This document shows positions 11,210 through 25,770 of a stretch of 64,000 bases of DNA, one piece after another. Under the pieces are notes generated by a model that saw nothing but the letters and a program-made list of their open reading frames with translations, did no database searches and had not been told where the DNA came from. The DNA is from Hypanus sabinus. Lineage: Eukaryota. A program made the position numbers and the translations under genes. Position 1 is the stretch's first letter, and each line of letters opens with the position of its first letter. The stretch covers positions 5,394,001 through 5,458,000 of the forward strand of contig NC_082733.1 in assembly GCF_030144855.1 (NCBI RefSeq). The letters run 5' to 3'.

Positions 11210-14200
11210 ACATAGAACATAGAAAACCTACAGCACATTACAGGTCCTCCAGCTCACAAAGTTGTGCTGACCATGTAACCTACTCTAGAAGCTGCCTAGA
11301 ATTCCCTACTGCATAGCCCTCTATTTTTCTAAGCTCTTAAAAGACATGATTGTATCCACCTCTACCACCTTTGGTCTCAGTGTATTCCACGCACCCACCA
11401 CTCTATATATGAAAAACCTACCTCTGACATCCCATTTGTACTTATGTCCAAGCACCTGAAAACTATCCCCCCTCATGTTAGCCATTTCAGCTCTGGGAAA
11501 AAGCCTCTGAGGATTCACACAATCCATGCCTCTCATCATCTTATACACGTCTATCAGGTCACCTCAAGTTCACTCACCCTATTCCCATAAGGCATGATCT
11601 CCAATCCAGGCAACATCCTTGTTAATCTCCTCTGCATTCTCTCGATAGAATCTACATCTTTCCTGTAATGAGGTGACCAGAACTGAACACAGTATTGTAA
11701 GCGGGACCTAACTAAGATCTTATATAGCTATAAAATTACCTCACAGCTCTTGAACTCAATCCCATGGTTAATGAAGGCCAAAACACCATATTCCTTCTTA
11801 ACCATGCTGTCAACCTGCACAGTAACTTTGAATGTCCTATGGACATGGACCCCAAGATTTCACTGATCCTCCACCCTGCCAAGTCTTATCATTAATATTA
11901 TATTCTGTCTTCAAATTTGACCTACCAAAATGAGCCACTTCACACTTATCTGGGTTGAACTCCATCTGCCAGTTCTCAGCCCAGTTTTGTATCCTATCAA
12001 TGTCCCTCTGTAACCTCTAACAACCCTCCAGACCATTCACAGCACCCCCAACTTTTGTATCATCAGCAAACTTACTAAGCCACCCTTCTACTTCCTCATC
12101 CAGGTCATTTCTAAAAATCACAAGGAGGAGGGTTCCCAGAACAGATCCCTGTGGAACACCACTGGTCACCACCCTCCATGCACATGCAGAATACGAACCA
12201 TCCACAACCATACTCTGCTTTCTATGGTCAAGCCAATTCTGGATCCACAAAGCAAGCTCTCCTTGGAGCTCATGCCTCATTACTTTTCTGAATGAGTCTC
12301 ACAATGGAACCTTATCAAATGCCTTACTGAAATCCATATACACTACATCCACTGCTCTACCTTCATCAATGTGTTTTGTTACATCCTGAAAGAATTCAAT
12401 CAGGTTCTAAAGCATGACCTGCCATTGACAAAGCCATGCCGACTATCCTTAATCAATTTGTGTCTCTCCAAATGCTCAAAACTCCTGCCTCTCAGGATCT
12501 TCTCCACCACTGAATTATGGCTTACTGGTCTATAATTTCCTGTGTTATCGCTACTCCTTTTTTGAACAAGGGAACAACATTTACAACCTTCCCAACCCTA
12601 TTGATGATGCAAAGATCATTGCCAAAGGCTCAGTAATCTCTTCCCTCACTTCCCACAGTAGCCTGGAGTATATCTCATCCAATCCCATCTGTTTATCTAA
12701 TTTACTACCTTTCAAAAGCTCCAGCACATCCTCTTTCTTAATGATTACACTCAAGTGTTTCAATCCACTTTAAGTCATCCCCACAACTGCCAAGGTCCTT
12801 TTCACTGGTGAACACTGAAGCAAAGTATTCATTAAGTACCTCCGCTACCCCCTCTGGCTCCATGCACATCTTTCCACTCTCACTCCTGATTGGTCCTATT
12901 CTCACACGGCTCATCATCTTGCTCTTCCCATACTTATAGAATGCCTTGGGGTTTTCCCTAATCCTGCTTGCCAAGGCCTTTTCATGGCCCCTTCTAGATC
13001 TACTTTCATTCTTGAACTCCTTCCTGGCACACTTGTAATTTTCTAGAGCTCTAACAGTACCTAGTTTCTTGAACCTTTTGTAAGCTTTTCTTTTCTTCAT
13101 AACTAGATTTTCTACATCCTTTGTACACATGGTTCTTTGTCCCTGCCTCAATGGAACATACCCATGCAGAATGCCATGTAAACATTCCCTGAACATTTGC
13201 CACATTTCTGCCGTGCATACCCTCGAGAACATCTGCTCCCAAGTTCCTGCCTAATAGTATTATATTTCCCCCAATTAAATGTTTTCCCAAATGTCCTGCT
13301 CCTATCCCTCTCCAGTGTTATGATAAAGGAGACAGAGTTGTGATCACTACCTCTAAAATGCTCTCCCACAGGGAGAGCTGACACATGACCAGGATCAATT
13401 CCCACCAGATCAAGTACAGCCTTTCCTCTAGTTGGCTTATCTACATATTGCTTCAGGAAACCTTCCTGAACACACCTAACAAATTCCACCCAATCTAAAC
13501 TCCTTGCCCTAAGGAGATGCCAGTCAATACTAGGAAAGTTAAAATCATCCATCACAACAACCCTATTATTATTGCACTATTCCCAAATCTGCCTCCCTAT
13601 CTGCACCTTGATGTCTCAGTTACTATTGGGGGGGTCTATAAAAAACACCCTGTAGATTTATTGCCCACTTCCCGTTTTTGCCTTCCATCGGCAGTGACTC
13701 AATAGACAATCCCTCCATGATTTCCTCCTTTTCTGCAGCTGTGATACTATCCCTGATTAGCAGTGTGTCACCTCCAACTCCTTTGTCTCCCTCTCTGACC
13801 TTTTCGAAGCACATTCCTGTCTCTGAGTCATCCAAGTCTCTGTAATGACCACGTATTGATACATGCTCTAAGTTCATTTTTTGCTCATGATACTCCTTGC
13901 ATTAAAATAGACACATCCCAAACCATCTGGCTGTGTGCTTGTTTGCTCTATCAGATGCCTACCCTTTTCATAAACTCCCTACAAGCTGTCACTATTTGTT
14001 CGCCAACCACCCTCTGCCTCTTCACTTCAGCTTCCACCCCATTGTAAATCTAGTTTAAACCCTCCTGAATATCATTAGGAAACCTCCCTCCCAGGATATT
14101 GGTTCCCCTCCAGTTCAGTTGCAACCTGTTCCACTTGTACAGGTCACCCCTTCCCCAAAAAAAGATTCCAATGATCCAAGAACTTGAATCCTTGCCCCTT

Positions 14201-15230
14201 GCACCATCTCCTCAGCCACTCATTCATCTGTACCACCTTCACTGGCTCATGACACTGGGAGTAATCTGGAGATTACCACCTCGGAGGGCTTGCTCTTCAG
14301 CCTCCTTAACTCCCTGAACTTACTGCGCAGGACCTCTACCCCTCTCCTGCTTATGTCATTGGTGCTAATATGTACCACGACCTCTGGCTGCTCACCCTGC
14401 CCTTCAAGAATGTTCTGCACTGCTCAGAGACATCCTGGACCCTAGCACCTGGGAGGTTTCACACTACCTTGGTGTTTCTTTTGCTGCCACAGAATCTCCT
14501 ATCTGTCCTGTAGCTATCGAGTCCCCTATGACTATTGCTCCACGTAACTTCACCCTTCCCTTCCAAGCTGACCACAGTGCTATTGGTCTGGCTGCAGCTG
14601 CCTTGCCCAGATAGGTCACCCCCCCCCCACTCAGCAGTATACAAAGGGGTATACATGTTGCTGAGGGGAATCACTTCCTTCTTCCTTTACCTCTTTCGGT
14701 GTTCACCCATCTACTCCCTCAATTCTGCACTCTGTGTGTAACCACCTGCTCAAAAGATATATCTATCAACTCCAGCTCCAGCTCCTTAATGTGGTCTTTC
14801 ATGAGCTGGAGTTGGTTGCGCTTCCTGCAGGTGTAGTCATCAGGGAGACCACCAGGTTCCATGATTTCCCACATCCTACAGGAGGAGCATTCCACTGCCA
14901 TATCTGCCAGCCTGCCTGTACAGTACTATGGGCAACTAAGACAAATGTTTTAACCTGCTTCTTTGGTCTCAGCCACTTCTCTTCGAAGCCTCTTGAGTCA
15001 AAGCCTAATATTCCTACTCTCACTGCTGACCGACTTCCGACAATGGCTGCCCTGCTCGCGCCTTCTGTACTTTTATTTAATTCGCAATGCTTTGCTCCTG
15101 ACACTGATTGGACCTCTGGGAAACTAAATTACCTGAAACTTTGCTTTTCCTGTCTCATCTTCTATTTTCCACTTAAATTGAGTCACTTAAAAGTTTTATC
15201 AGTTCTAACCTGGAGCAAATAAAGCACCCA
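11210..15230 (-). mobile_element. Near full-length degenerate CR1 LINE (ORF1 zinc finger/leucine zipper/esterase; ORF2 endonuclease and RT)
   Basis: MAVECSSCRMWE...YTCRK...ELELEL (14719-14901); DFNFPSIDW and SDHN endonuclease motifs (13148-13555); [10 protein letters not shown]...KFADDTK (12017-12280); CATAGAA tail; many stops and frameshifts. Confidence 0.92.
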
Positions 15231-15574
15231 AATTTCCCAGAGTAACTGTTGGGAAGGAGAGGGGAGCTGCCTGTCAAGCACTGAACTTTACAAAGAGTGC
15301 AAAGTTAACATAAATTGAATGGCATCTCAGTAAGTTCCAGGCTTTTGCTGTAGTGTCTGTAATCCTCAGTAGTGATTTGGATTGTCATTTTGACTCTTTA
15401 GTAAAGGCAGTTGTGTATCAACTTTCCTGATTGAGATGAACAGAATCTGACACACAAAACAAAGCCTGAGGATTATCTATCTCACCATCCCGACATGATA
15501 GCCATGGCCCCTACACCTTGCATTACTTGGACCAGATGCAGAGGACTAAACAAGATGACAATGCACCCCGAGTC

Positions 15575-16105
15575 AGGGCCCAACACACTGATCCAATCAT
15601 GAAGAAGGCAGGCCAACAGCTCAGCTTTATTAATTTGAGGAGGTTTGTTATACCACCTGAAAGATGCTCAAATTTCTATAGATCTATAATGGAGAGCATT
15701 GTGACTGGTTGCATCACAGACTGGTATGGAGTTTCCAATGCACAGGATCACAAGAGGGTACAGAGGGTTATCAAGTCAGTCAGCTCCATCATGTGCACAA
15801 CCCACCCCACCAAGACAGCATTCATCAATACGGACCCTCAACACTCAGGATATGCCCTCTTCTTATTAGGAAGGACATACAGGAGCCTGAAGAACCAAAT
15901 TTAATGATTCAGGAATAGCTTCTTCCCTTCTCCCATTACCTTTATGAATGGTCTCTGTACCCACGAGCACTATCTCGCTATTCCTTTTCTTTGCACTGTT
16001 ATACGTTTCTGTAATTGATAGATTTTTATGTCTTTCCACTGTACTGCTGCAGAAAGGCAATAAATTTCACATCATATGTCAGTGATCATAAATCTGACCC
16101 TGAAT
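15575..16105 (+). mobile_element. Rex1/Babar-like LINE 3' fragment
   Basis: KKAGQQLSF...FYRSIMESIVTGCITDWYG motif; ends in a TCTGA-type tail. Confidence 0.8.
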
Positions 16106-18069
16106 TCTGTTTCCAAACAGGTCTTAATGTCGACAGAGCAATGACGCCCTGCTCCTGATGGGTTCTGATAAGAAAGGCTTGAGTGGAGCACAGAGAGGAG
16201 CCTTGCCTCCTGTCAAAGCTGGGAGACCAACTATTAAAATAGTTTAAAAACTAAAAAAAAGTTTTAAACATTTTTAACAGATCAGAACACATAGAAATAA
16301 GATAAAATAATAATAAAGGATAAATTCTAGGTCAGGAATATAAATGGGATTCCTATCTTATACCATGTACGGTTGATAAAGGAACGCAGAAACAAATTCT
16401 TCAGTGAAATGCTGCAGAATTCCTGCATATCTTGGCTTTGCCACTTAGTGAACCAGATTGACAGATCCCATTCCTGCTTCTATTTTCTTGTGAGAACTAT
16501 GTAACATTATATTTTCCCCTTTTCCTTTGGTAAAATATATTTGTTATTGCTTTCTGTATCCACTGCTAAGTACAGAACATTGATGAAAATATGAAAACAT
16601 GAACATAAAGATGTTAATGAATTTCCTGCCCCTTATATTATCAAAAACATACTAAACAAACCTTCATGATAATTCTCCCTCCCTATTTTTGTTCCTTTAT
16701 CTGGGAGTATATGGAGAACAAATCAGGAAATATTGTACTTCAGAGATTGAACCAGCTATGAAAATAACTAGTGTGCTGCCAAAACTTACAAAAACAATTT
16801 ACTGTGTGATCAGCCAATGTAGTAAATCTTTGTCATTTCTATTCCATTTCAGATTATGTATCTCTCCAATCTTAGTATAACTCCCTAGCGGTGGAGGTCA
16901 TTCCCCCTCCACAACTTTTGCTAGTTGTAAAGAAGAATGACACTTCAGTAAAAGCCTGACTGTTAGATGATGCTTGAGAAGCGACCAGGTATCATTTCAC
17001 AGATACAGTACTGATGCTGTTCATTTGTAACACCAATAACAGAACATTATGCATTCTTGCTTCAAATACAGAGAGCATACCTTTAAGACATGGCGAAGGA
17101 AAAGCTAAGATGAATTCCTAAATGAATATACTGTTCACACCAATTGCAGTAATGGCTCACTCAAATCCCCTAAGAAGCCCTGTAGCACGTTGCAGATGTC
17201 TGTTTATTCCATAAAATTAATGATAAAACTTCTACATTGCTGTAAGCATTGAGTAACAACACTTAACACATTATTTTTATAACATAAAATATATTTTTAT
17301 ATAAATATGTTTTCAAATATTATCCTATTTTATGCAATCAATTGATTGCTGAATGATATTTCTGATACTGGTAATGGAAAGAAATTTATTTTTAAATAAT
17401 GATAGTGAATCTCTTGTGGCTTTGCTTATAGCTGGAAAATAATGATGCCTCTCTTCCTTGAGTGCTTTATCTCGTGTGACAACATGGTACAACACTGTAG
17501 GAGTGACGCATTGCCCTTCATAGGAAACATTAAATTGAGGCTATGTTGTCTGTTTCAGTTATTTAAGGGGATGCTTAGGATCCTGTGGGGATACTCAATA
17601 TGGAGCAGTGAATACTCTCTTTGTTCTAATAAACCTCCCTTCCTTAATCAATATATTGCTATTGTAATATGGCATTTGCCAAAATAACATTATACTTCAA
17701 AGTCATTTATTTTGTATGAAGCTTTTTGAGCCAAGTCAAAATGTTGATGCTTATCCAAGTCTTTCTGAAACTATCTTGTTACCATTCTCTGATTCAATTT
17801 TATGTTCTCCTTTCTGTCATTGTCTTTGTTTTCTGCTTTTATTCTCTCTCTCTCTCTCCCTCCCCCCAACCCCCCACATTCTTATTATGCATATATTATC
17901 TGTGTGCTCTGTTGGGTAACTTACCAACTCACTTGACAGGAATCTGATTAGATTAGGTCTACTTCTATTGGTTGAAGGAATGGCAAGACAGGGGGAATTC
18001 ACAGAGGACCTGTATCTACTACCGTGCCTAATTCCTGACTGTGGAAGAACAGGCTGCTGACAATAGCAT

Positions 18070-20610
18070 TAAAGAAGTGATACAGCAATGAAGGAGGCTA
18101 CCTGGCCCATTGTGTCTATGCTGACTCATAAAAGAGCAGTCCCATTCCCTCTTACTGTCCCCAAAACTAGACATTTACTCACTCTGAAATGCCAATGCAG
18201 TTTGCTTTAGTAGCCACTGATGGATTCAGGTTTCAACACCCTTGCAATATATTTAAGATTCCAACTAATCTTCACTGCCAACGACACCACCTGCAAATTT
18301 ACTAAACATGCCTTGTACATTGTCATCCCTGTCATTGATTTTGATGACAAAGAGCACTGTGCCTAGCCCTGGGAAACACCACTGGTCATTAGACTCCTGT
18401 TGAAAAAACACATCAGAACGCTCTACTTCCTCCCATCAAGCCAATTGTGTATCCAATCTGCTAGTTTTCCCTGGATCCCATGTGATCTGACTTGCCACAG
18501 CAGCCTAATATGCATAACCTCATCAGAGGCCTTAATGAAGTCCATACAGTCTATACTACCACCCTGCCCTCATCCTGGTTACTTCTTCAAAAACTCAATC
18601 AAATACTTAAGAACTAGAGATTCAACAGATGCTGGAAATTCAGACCAATGCTACAAAATTCTGGAGGAATGCCCATGGCCAACCGCATGGGCCCCAGCTA
18701 TGCCTGCCTTTTCATTTATTATGTACAACAGTCCACACTCCGAGTTTTCCCTGGTAATGCTCCCTGACTATTCCTGCACTACATTGACAATTATATTGCT
18801 ACTGCTTCATGCATCTATGCTGAACTCATCAATTTCATCAACTATTGTTCTACATAGTCCCTTTTATCATTTTCTTCATCTCAGCCGCATCTCTTCCTAG
18901 AACTGGCCTCGCCTGTGTCTCCTCAATTTCCCAGCCATCCATGCTCGCCCCATCTTCCCACCATAACAGGGATAGAGTTCCTCTTGTCATCAGCTACCAC
19001 CAAATACAACACATATAACACATCATTTTCCACAACTTCCTCCACCTTCAATGGGATCCTACCACCAAATACTTTATCCAACCCTCCCAACTCTCTGCTT
19101 TCCATAGGGATTGGTCCCTCCAGGATTCCCTTGTCCATTCATCCCGTCTCACTAATTCTCCTTCTGCCACATATCCTTGTGATCAACAGAATCTCTACAG
19201 CTGTCCATTCACCTCCTCCATCACCTCTTTTAATGACCCCCAGGATCACTTCACTTGAGAACCTCTTGGGGTCGTCCTTTCTATCCGGTGCCCTCGATAC
19301 GGCTTCCTATATGTGGTGACACCTGATATTAATTGGGAAACTGCTTTGATGAGCACCTCCACTCCATCCACCAAAAGCGGAACTTCCCATTGACAAACTA
19401 TTTTAATTCCCATCCCCATTCCCTTTCCAACATGTCAATCCATGGACTCCTCTTTTGCCACAATGAAATCACTCTCAGAGTGGAGGAGCAACACCTCTTA
19501 TTCTGTCTAGGTAGCCTCCAACCTGATAACATGAACATCAATTTCTCCTCTCAGTACTTTTTCCTTCCCCCTTTCCTCTTCTATTCCCCACTCTGGACTC
19601 TTACTCCTTCTCCTCACCTGCCTATCATCTCCCTCTGGAGCCTCTACCCTTTCCTTTCTCCCATTGTCCACTTTCCTCTCCTTTCAGATTCCTTCTTCTC
19701 CAGCCCTTTACTTTTCCCATCCACCTGGACTCACCGATCACCTTCTACCTTCCTCTCCCCCAACCTTTTTATTCAGGCATCTTTCCACTTCCTTCCCAGT
19801 CCTGAAGAAGGATCTTGGCCCAAAATGTCAACTGTTTATTCATTTCCATAGTTGCTGCCTGACCTGCTGAGTTTCTCCAGCATTTTGTATGTGTTGCATC
19901 AAATTCATAAGACATAATCTTCCATACTCAACGTTGTGTGGGCTATCCCTAATAAATTCCAGTCTTTCCAAATGCTTGTAGATCTTACCTCTCAGAATCC
20001 TCTCTAGTAACTTACCTAGCACATATATTAGGCTTACTAGCCTATTGTTCCCAGATTTTTCTTTTGCAACTCTTCTTAAGTAAAGGTACAACATTAGCCA
20101 CCTTCCAGTCTTCCAGCAATTTACCTGTCATTAATGATTATACATATACATAAGCCAGTGCTCCAGCAACTTCTTCTAAAGCCTCCTACAGTTTTCTTGG
20201 ATATAGCTGGAGAGTTAGCTACCTTAATACATTTTAAGACCTCCAGAACCTCCTCAGTTGTAATGCAGATGATCTCCAAGACATCCCCATTAACCATCTC
20301 AAGTTCTGAAGTCTTCATGTCTTTCTCCAGAGTATAAATGGAGAAGAAATATTCATTGAGGATCTTATCTATCTCCTGCTGTTCCACTCAAAGATATCCA
20401 CTTTGTTGAGGGTCCCTTTTCTCTCCCTTTTCCTTAATATATTTATAGAATCTTTTTGGTGTTTTCTTGATCTTCCATGCCAAATCTATCTCTTGTCTCC
20501 ATATTGCCCTTCTGATTGCCTCCTTAAATATACTCCAACATATGCTGCACTCCTCCAGGGATTCACTTGATCCTATCTACCCGTACCTGACCCATGCCTC
20601 CTCCTTTTAC
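18070..20610 (-). mobile_element. Degenerate CR1 LINE interrupted by a Penelope-like insertion (18605-19897)
   Basis: CR1 RT text on both sides (LNEYF..., RLVSL..LGKLLERILR); the host reads continuously across the ATCAAAT repeats at 18598-18604 and 19898-19904. Confidence 0.8.
18605..19897 (+). mobile_element. Penelope-like element, 5'-truncated, with a short inverted terminal piece and a degenerate hammerhead motif
   Basis: GIY-YIG C-terminal remnant (CFDEHL...EEQHLLFCLGSLQPDNMN); hammerhead-like 19797-19834; inverted 3'-end copy at ~18607-18670; 7-bp direct repeat ATCAAAT. Confidence 0.85.
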
Positions 20611-20649
20611 CAAAAACAAGTAAATGTATTATCATAGTATGTATATAAA

Positions 20650-20960
20650 AGCAAGAGATTCTGCAGCTGCTGGAAATGCAGAGCAACGCTCACAAAATGC
20701 TGAAGGAACACAGCAAGTCTGGCAGCATCTATGGAAATGGATAAACAATCGATGTTTTGGGTTGAGACCCATCTTCAGGACTGGGAAGAAAAGGGGAAGA
20801 TGCCAGAAAAAAGAGGTGGGAGGAGGGGAAGGAGGACAAGGAGGACTGACTAGAAGGTGATAGGTGAAGACCTGGAGAAGAAGGAATCTGATAGGAAAGG
20901 AGATTGAACCATGGGAGAAAGGAGGGCCACGGTGGGGGGTGGGGGTGATAGGCAAGGATA
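20650..20960 (-). mobile_element. Penelope-like 3' terminal fragment
   Basis: Same terminal sequence as the other copies (GCAGCATCTATGGA..., degenerate hammerhead at ~20745-20783). Confidence 0.8.
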
Positions 20961-22154
20961 TGTGTCTCTATACTAACTTGAGCTTCATTCCCCTGCAGAT
21001 ATTTACAGGAACAAAAGAATACAATAGAATTTTATTTTAAAACTTTGCATAAACAAAGACTGACAATTGACGTGCAAAAGAAGAAAAACAGTGTAAATAA
21101 AGAAATACTTCTTCAACAACGCTAACAATTTTCATGTTATCTAGTTTTTTTTAATTTTCATTATCTTCTATATTGATCTGAAGTCTCCATTCAACCTATT
21201 TTACTCAAATCTAAGCTTCTCCATTTGAATCTTTTTGTGGAAATCCTCATCACAAACCATTCTAGTAAATCTTTTTCCACTCCATCTATAAGAATTTTGC
21301 ACCTTTCCTAAAGAGTAGCAACCAGAAACTGATGCAACAGTGGTCCAACACATAGATTCAACACTGCCTCGCTGTTTCTTTACTCCACTCTTCTATTTCT
21401 GAAACTATCTGATCCTGTAAACTTTAGTAACCACCCTTTCATCATACCCTTTCATTTTCAAGGATTAACACACAATTTCACCAAGGTCCATCTCTCTACT
21501 CCTGTACAACTTTTAGAACTGTACCATTCAGAAAGAGTCCCTTCTGACTCTTTCTGCCAAGATACACACCTCACTACACTAAATCTCATCTACTGATTTT
21601 CTGTCTATCCAGCAGTCCATGCTCCCATGCAATCCATCATTCTTCTCCATGATTCCAAAATCTGTGCTACTTGCATTCTTGAATGATTATATACCACACA
21701 AACAAATAAGTAATTAGTGTACATCAACAGAAGAACAGTTTCAGAATTAACCTCTGGGGTACACTACAACCCACCATTCGCCATTTGATAAACCACTCAT
21801 GTACAAACTCTCTCTGTTCTTGACCCTTAAACTAATTTCCCATCTACAAAACTAGTGACCTTACAATTGCAGTATACCACATCATTAATTTTCACACTTT
21901 CCCTTTATCTTTTGCTCTACTGAGATTTTGGCAACAGTGGCTGACAGTACCTAAGCCCTTTTCGATTTCTGAAAATAATTTTTTTGTAATTGATGTGTGG
22001 CTGGTATGACTAGCACTTATCAACTATTTAGCACCAACTGCCCTTATGAAGGAGGTGATGAGCTCCATTTTAAACTACAACAGTTCTGCCAGAGGAGATG
22101 TTCTTTCAGTTAGCAGGGCGTTCCAGGATTTAAACCCAAAATAATAAAGGAAGA

Positions 22155-22385
22155 GGATGGTATAGTAGAGTAACAGTCAGTATAACACTAATGCAGCACC
22201 AGCCCACCACTGCCTGTAAGGAGTGGTGACACCAAAGGCTTCTTCTGGGTGGCCTGGTTTCCTCCCACAGCCCAAAAATGTAAGGGTTAATAGGTTAATT
22301 GGTCACATGGGTGTAATTGGGTGGCAAGCGCTCGTTGGGCTGGAAGGGCATTTATTTAGTGCTGTATCTCTAAATAAATAAAAAA
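22155..22385 (+). mobile_element. tRNA-derived V-SINE/HE1-like SINE (degenerate)
   Basis: A-box-like head, central GGTTTCCTCCCACA core typical of V-SINEs, and (TAAA)n tail. A related fragment lies at ~9930-10150. Confidence 0.65.
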
Positions 22386-25244
22386 TAGTAAACTTGTAGG
22401 GAATCTGCAGGTGGTGGAGTTTCCATGTACCTGTTGTCCTTAATCTTCTTAACAGTAGAGGTTAGAGGTTGGGGAGGTATTGTAGGAGTGCCCTGGGTTC
22501 TGTACACTGAAGCTATTCTTATTGAAGGGAGTGCCAGTCAAATGAGCACTGTTGACCTTGATGGCATTGAACTTCTTCAGAATGGTTGGTTCTGCACTCA
22601 TCCAAGCAAATACACAATACTCACAAACTGATGACTTATATTTTATAGTTGTTAGAAAAGCTTCGGAATTTCAGTTGTTGAGTTGCTCACTGTATGATAA
22701 CCAACATCTAACCTGCTTTTGTGGCTTGTTCAATTGAGGTTCTGATCAACAGTGAGCTTTAAGAAACTGTGGGGTCTCATTGATGGTAATACCGTTAAGT
22801 GCCAAGGATAAATGGCTGGACTCTCATCAGAGATCATCATCACCTGACAATTTTGTGACACAAATGTTACTTGCCATTCATCAGCACGTGTTTGAAGTAT
22901 TCTGGGACTTTGTACATGCTTGGTAGGATGCTTCAATAGCTGATAGTTACAAATATAATTGATTATTGACCTAAAGGTGGAAGGAAAGTAATTGATGAAG
23001 CAGTTGAAGATGTTTAGGCCTTGGACACTGCCCTGAGGAATGCCTGTAGTGATATGCAGATATTGGATGGTTAACTCTGACAACTATAACCATCTTTCAT
23101 CTTTATATGTGTAAGGTATGACTCCTAGAGTGCTTTCCTTTGATGGCCATTGCCCTCACTTTTACCAGTGTACTTTGAGACCACACTCCTGTCAAGAGCA
23201 AGTACACTCTCCTTTACATCTGAAATTCATCTTGCTACATAATCTGTCCAAAGTAGAATTTTGTAACTTTAAAGCTGAAATCAGGTTTGTACTTATTCCA
23301 GAAGACCATTTTTTGCAAATAATTAAAACATCTACAACATGCTATGACCAATAGAGTAGACTGAAAGCAGTTAGGGCCTCAATGTATGGGAATTTTATCC
23401 TTTTATATGGGAATTTATCTGTTTATCCTTTCAAAATGTGAAGACAGAGCACTGGTGACCATCTCCAGTGCTTTGAGATACCTGTGGCAAGGTAATCCAT
23501 CTCTCTGAAGCAAATGGGTGGTCAGGAGAACTGCTGCCCAGTTAACCAAAGCTTAAAGTCTTGATTTTGAAACACTTTTTTTTTCCTCTTGGACTGCCAG
23601 AGGCTGTGTTGGCAGTGGTGAATTTCATCATCCATGTATGAAAGTGGTCCATATTTTTGAGGATCCTGTTGTGGACCTTTACGGTTGTTAGGTGGTAGTG
23701 TGTAGTTGGGAGTGGTGGACTGGACTTGAGTCATGGACTTGGGTTGTGCAGATGACTCTCCCAAATGAGTCAATGAACACCATAGCCTGGAGTGTACATC
23801 CAGAAACATTTTCTGTGTACTGCAGCCCAATGATTAGAGTTGGGAAATTCTGAAGGTTGAGAAGTTTCTAATTTATGCTGCAGATAGTTGGAATGAGGAG
23901 AAATTGTACATCAAGGAAGATTGAGAAAAGTGTTGGAGCGACAACGTAGCTTGGCTGGAGATCAATCTGAACTGAGATAATACTTTACAGTCATCTGAAA
24001 ACAGTGTATGACAGTTTAGATTAATAAACCTACCCACCCATCAGCAAGTATATGACAAGGTGCTGAATCTGGTAGTATCAGATCAGCTTCATCAGACATC
24101 TTCAGACCCAAATGCATTCCTAGACCATCAAAGAATGGCATTAAATGATTAATTAATGGAACTATAATGATATAAATAACAAGCAAAGTTATTGATAATT
24201 CCCAGAGCAGAATGCAATTAGAATGGTAGCCATATCAGTCAGCCACTTTGGATGCTGGACCAGGCACTCACTGTCATACATCACCTTTGTGTGGCTCAGT
24301 CGGCTTCTGCATCAGTCACCCAGATAATGATGTTATTCCCCACACAACCCTTGTTTAGATTGCTGCCAGGAAAAATTAGGTCACGTTGTTCTCAAGCATG
24401 CCTGTTGTTAGGCACACAGATCCCAACCAGGTTTTAACAACATTGTTTGTTCCGCAGCACCATGATATAAAGGGGGCCTCTCTGTGTAGGTCACAGCCTG
24501 ATGCATAACATTAGTTCAGATAAATTCTCTTTAATTTATATACTTTAGATCTCCATTATGTAGTACAGACATGACAGCTTTAAAATTCATGCTGATGACT
24601 TGTGCAGTAGAAATTGAAGAAATCTTTTTGTCATTGTTATAATCTCCCAATGATTTATCCATCAGACCAGTTTTGTTTAGTCTGGTCAGTTATCAGATAT
24701 GGCTTTATTCAGTCTGACCTTGAAATCTCAAATAGATATACAAATTGAAATGAAAACATGTGAAATACAAGCAAATTTCACTTATGCAATTATTTTGTTA
24801 GTTAAACATTAGACAACAGAACATGACAGCTGATTAACAACCCTTAGACTAGTAGAAACCCAAATACTTTCCTTTCTCTTCCACAATTCTAAATTCTCCC
24901 TTGTTAAGAAGACAGACGAATACAATGCTGACACATTCTACAGTTCTCTATGTTCTGAGCCAATAGGGAAACAAGATCTATTTCCAAAACTGCTCATAGA
25001 GTTCCCGAATGGAATTCTTTCAGACTCAGTTCACTTGGAAGTTCATCAGCTTTAGGAAATATACCATGGAAAAGCATCAAACTCCCTTGGTGTTAGCAGA
25101 TTGTAAACTCCAGCATTGTGGTATTGTTCTCAACATTGCCCTGAGGGAATAGAGCTTCCACTAGCTGTGCATGTGTAGTAATCCTTGAACATATCAGAAA
25201 CAAGGATCAAAGAACATTGGGGAAGGGCAAGGGATTACTCAGTC

Positions 25245-25770
25245 ATAAAGTAACACAGCACATAATAGGCCCTTCGGCCCATCTAGTGCACGTCGAACTG
25301 TTATTCTGCCGAGTCCCATCTGGGTCATAGCCCTCCATACTCCTCTCATTCATTATTTATCCAAGCTTCTCTTGAATTTTGCAATCGAACCTGCATCTGC
25401 CACTTTCATTGGCAATTCATTTCACACTTGCAACACCCTCTGAGTGAAGAAGTTCCCCCTAATGTTACGTTTTGTAACATCAAAACATAAAACTAATTGA
25501 AAGAAAATCAATGGAGCTGGGAGATGCCTGTCTTGGTTTAGTTTTTTACTTCAACGAGACACCTATATACAGCTAGGTGGCGTGATAATGTATGCCATTC
25601 ATGTACTTTTACATATAACCCACAATGCATTATGTAAACACAAAGAATGTTGAATCAAACAATGTATTTACAATATGACTGAAATATTAAATACACAACA
25701 CTCCTTAAACATATCACTTTTCACCTTAACCTATGACCTCTAGTTCTAGTCTCATCCAACCTTAATGGTT
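25245..25770 (-). mobile_element. CR1 3' fragment containing a 238-bp TG...CA insertion (25463-25700), possibly a solo LTR
   Basis: CR1 3' text on both sides; the insert begins TGTT and ends AACA and is AT-rich. Confidence 0.6.
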
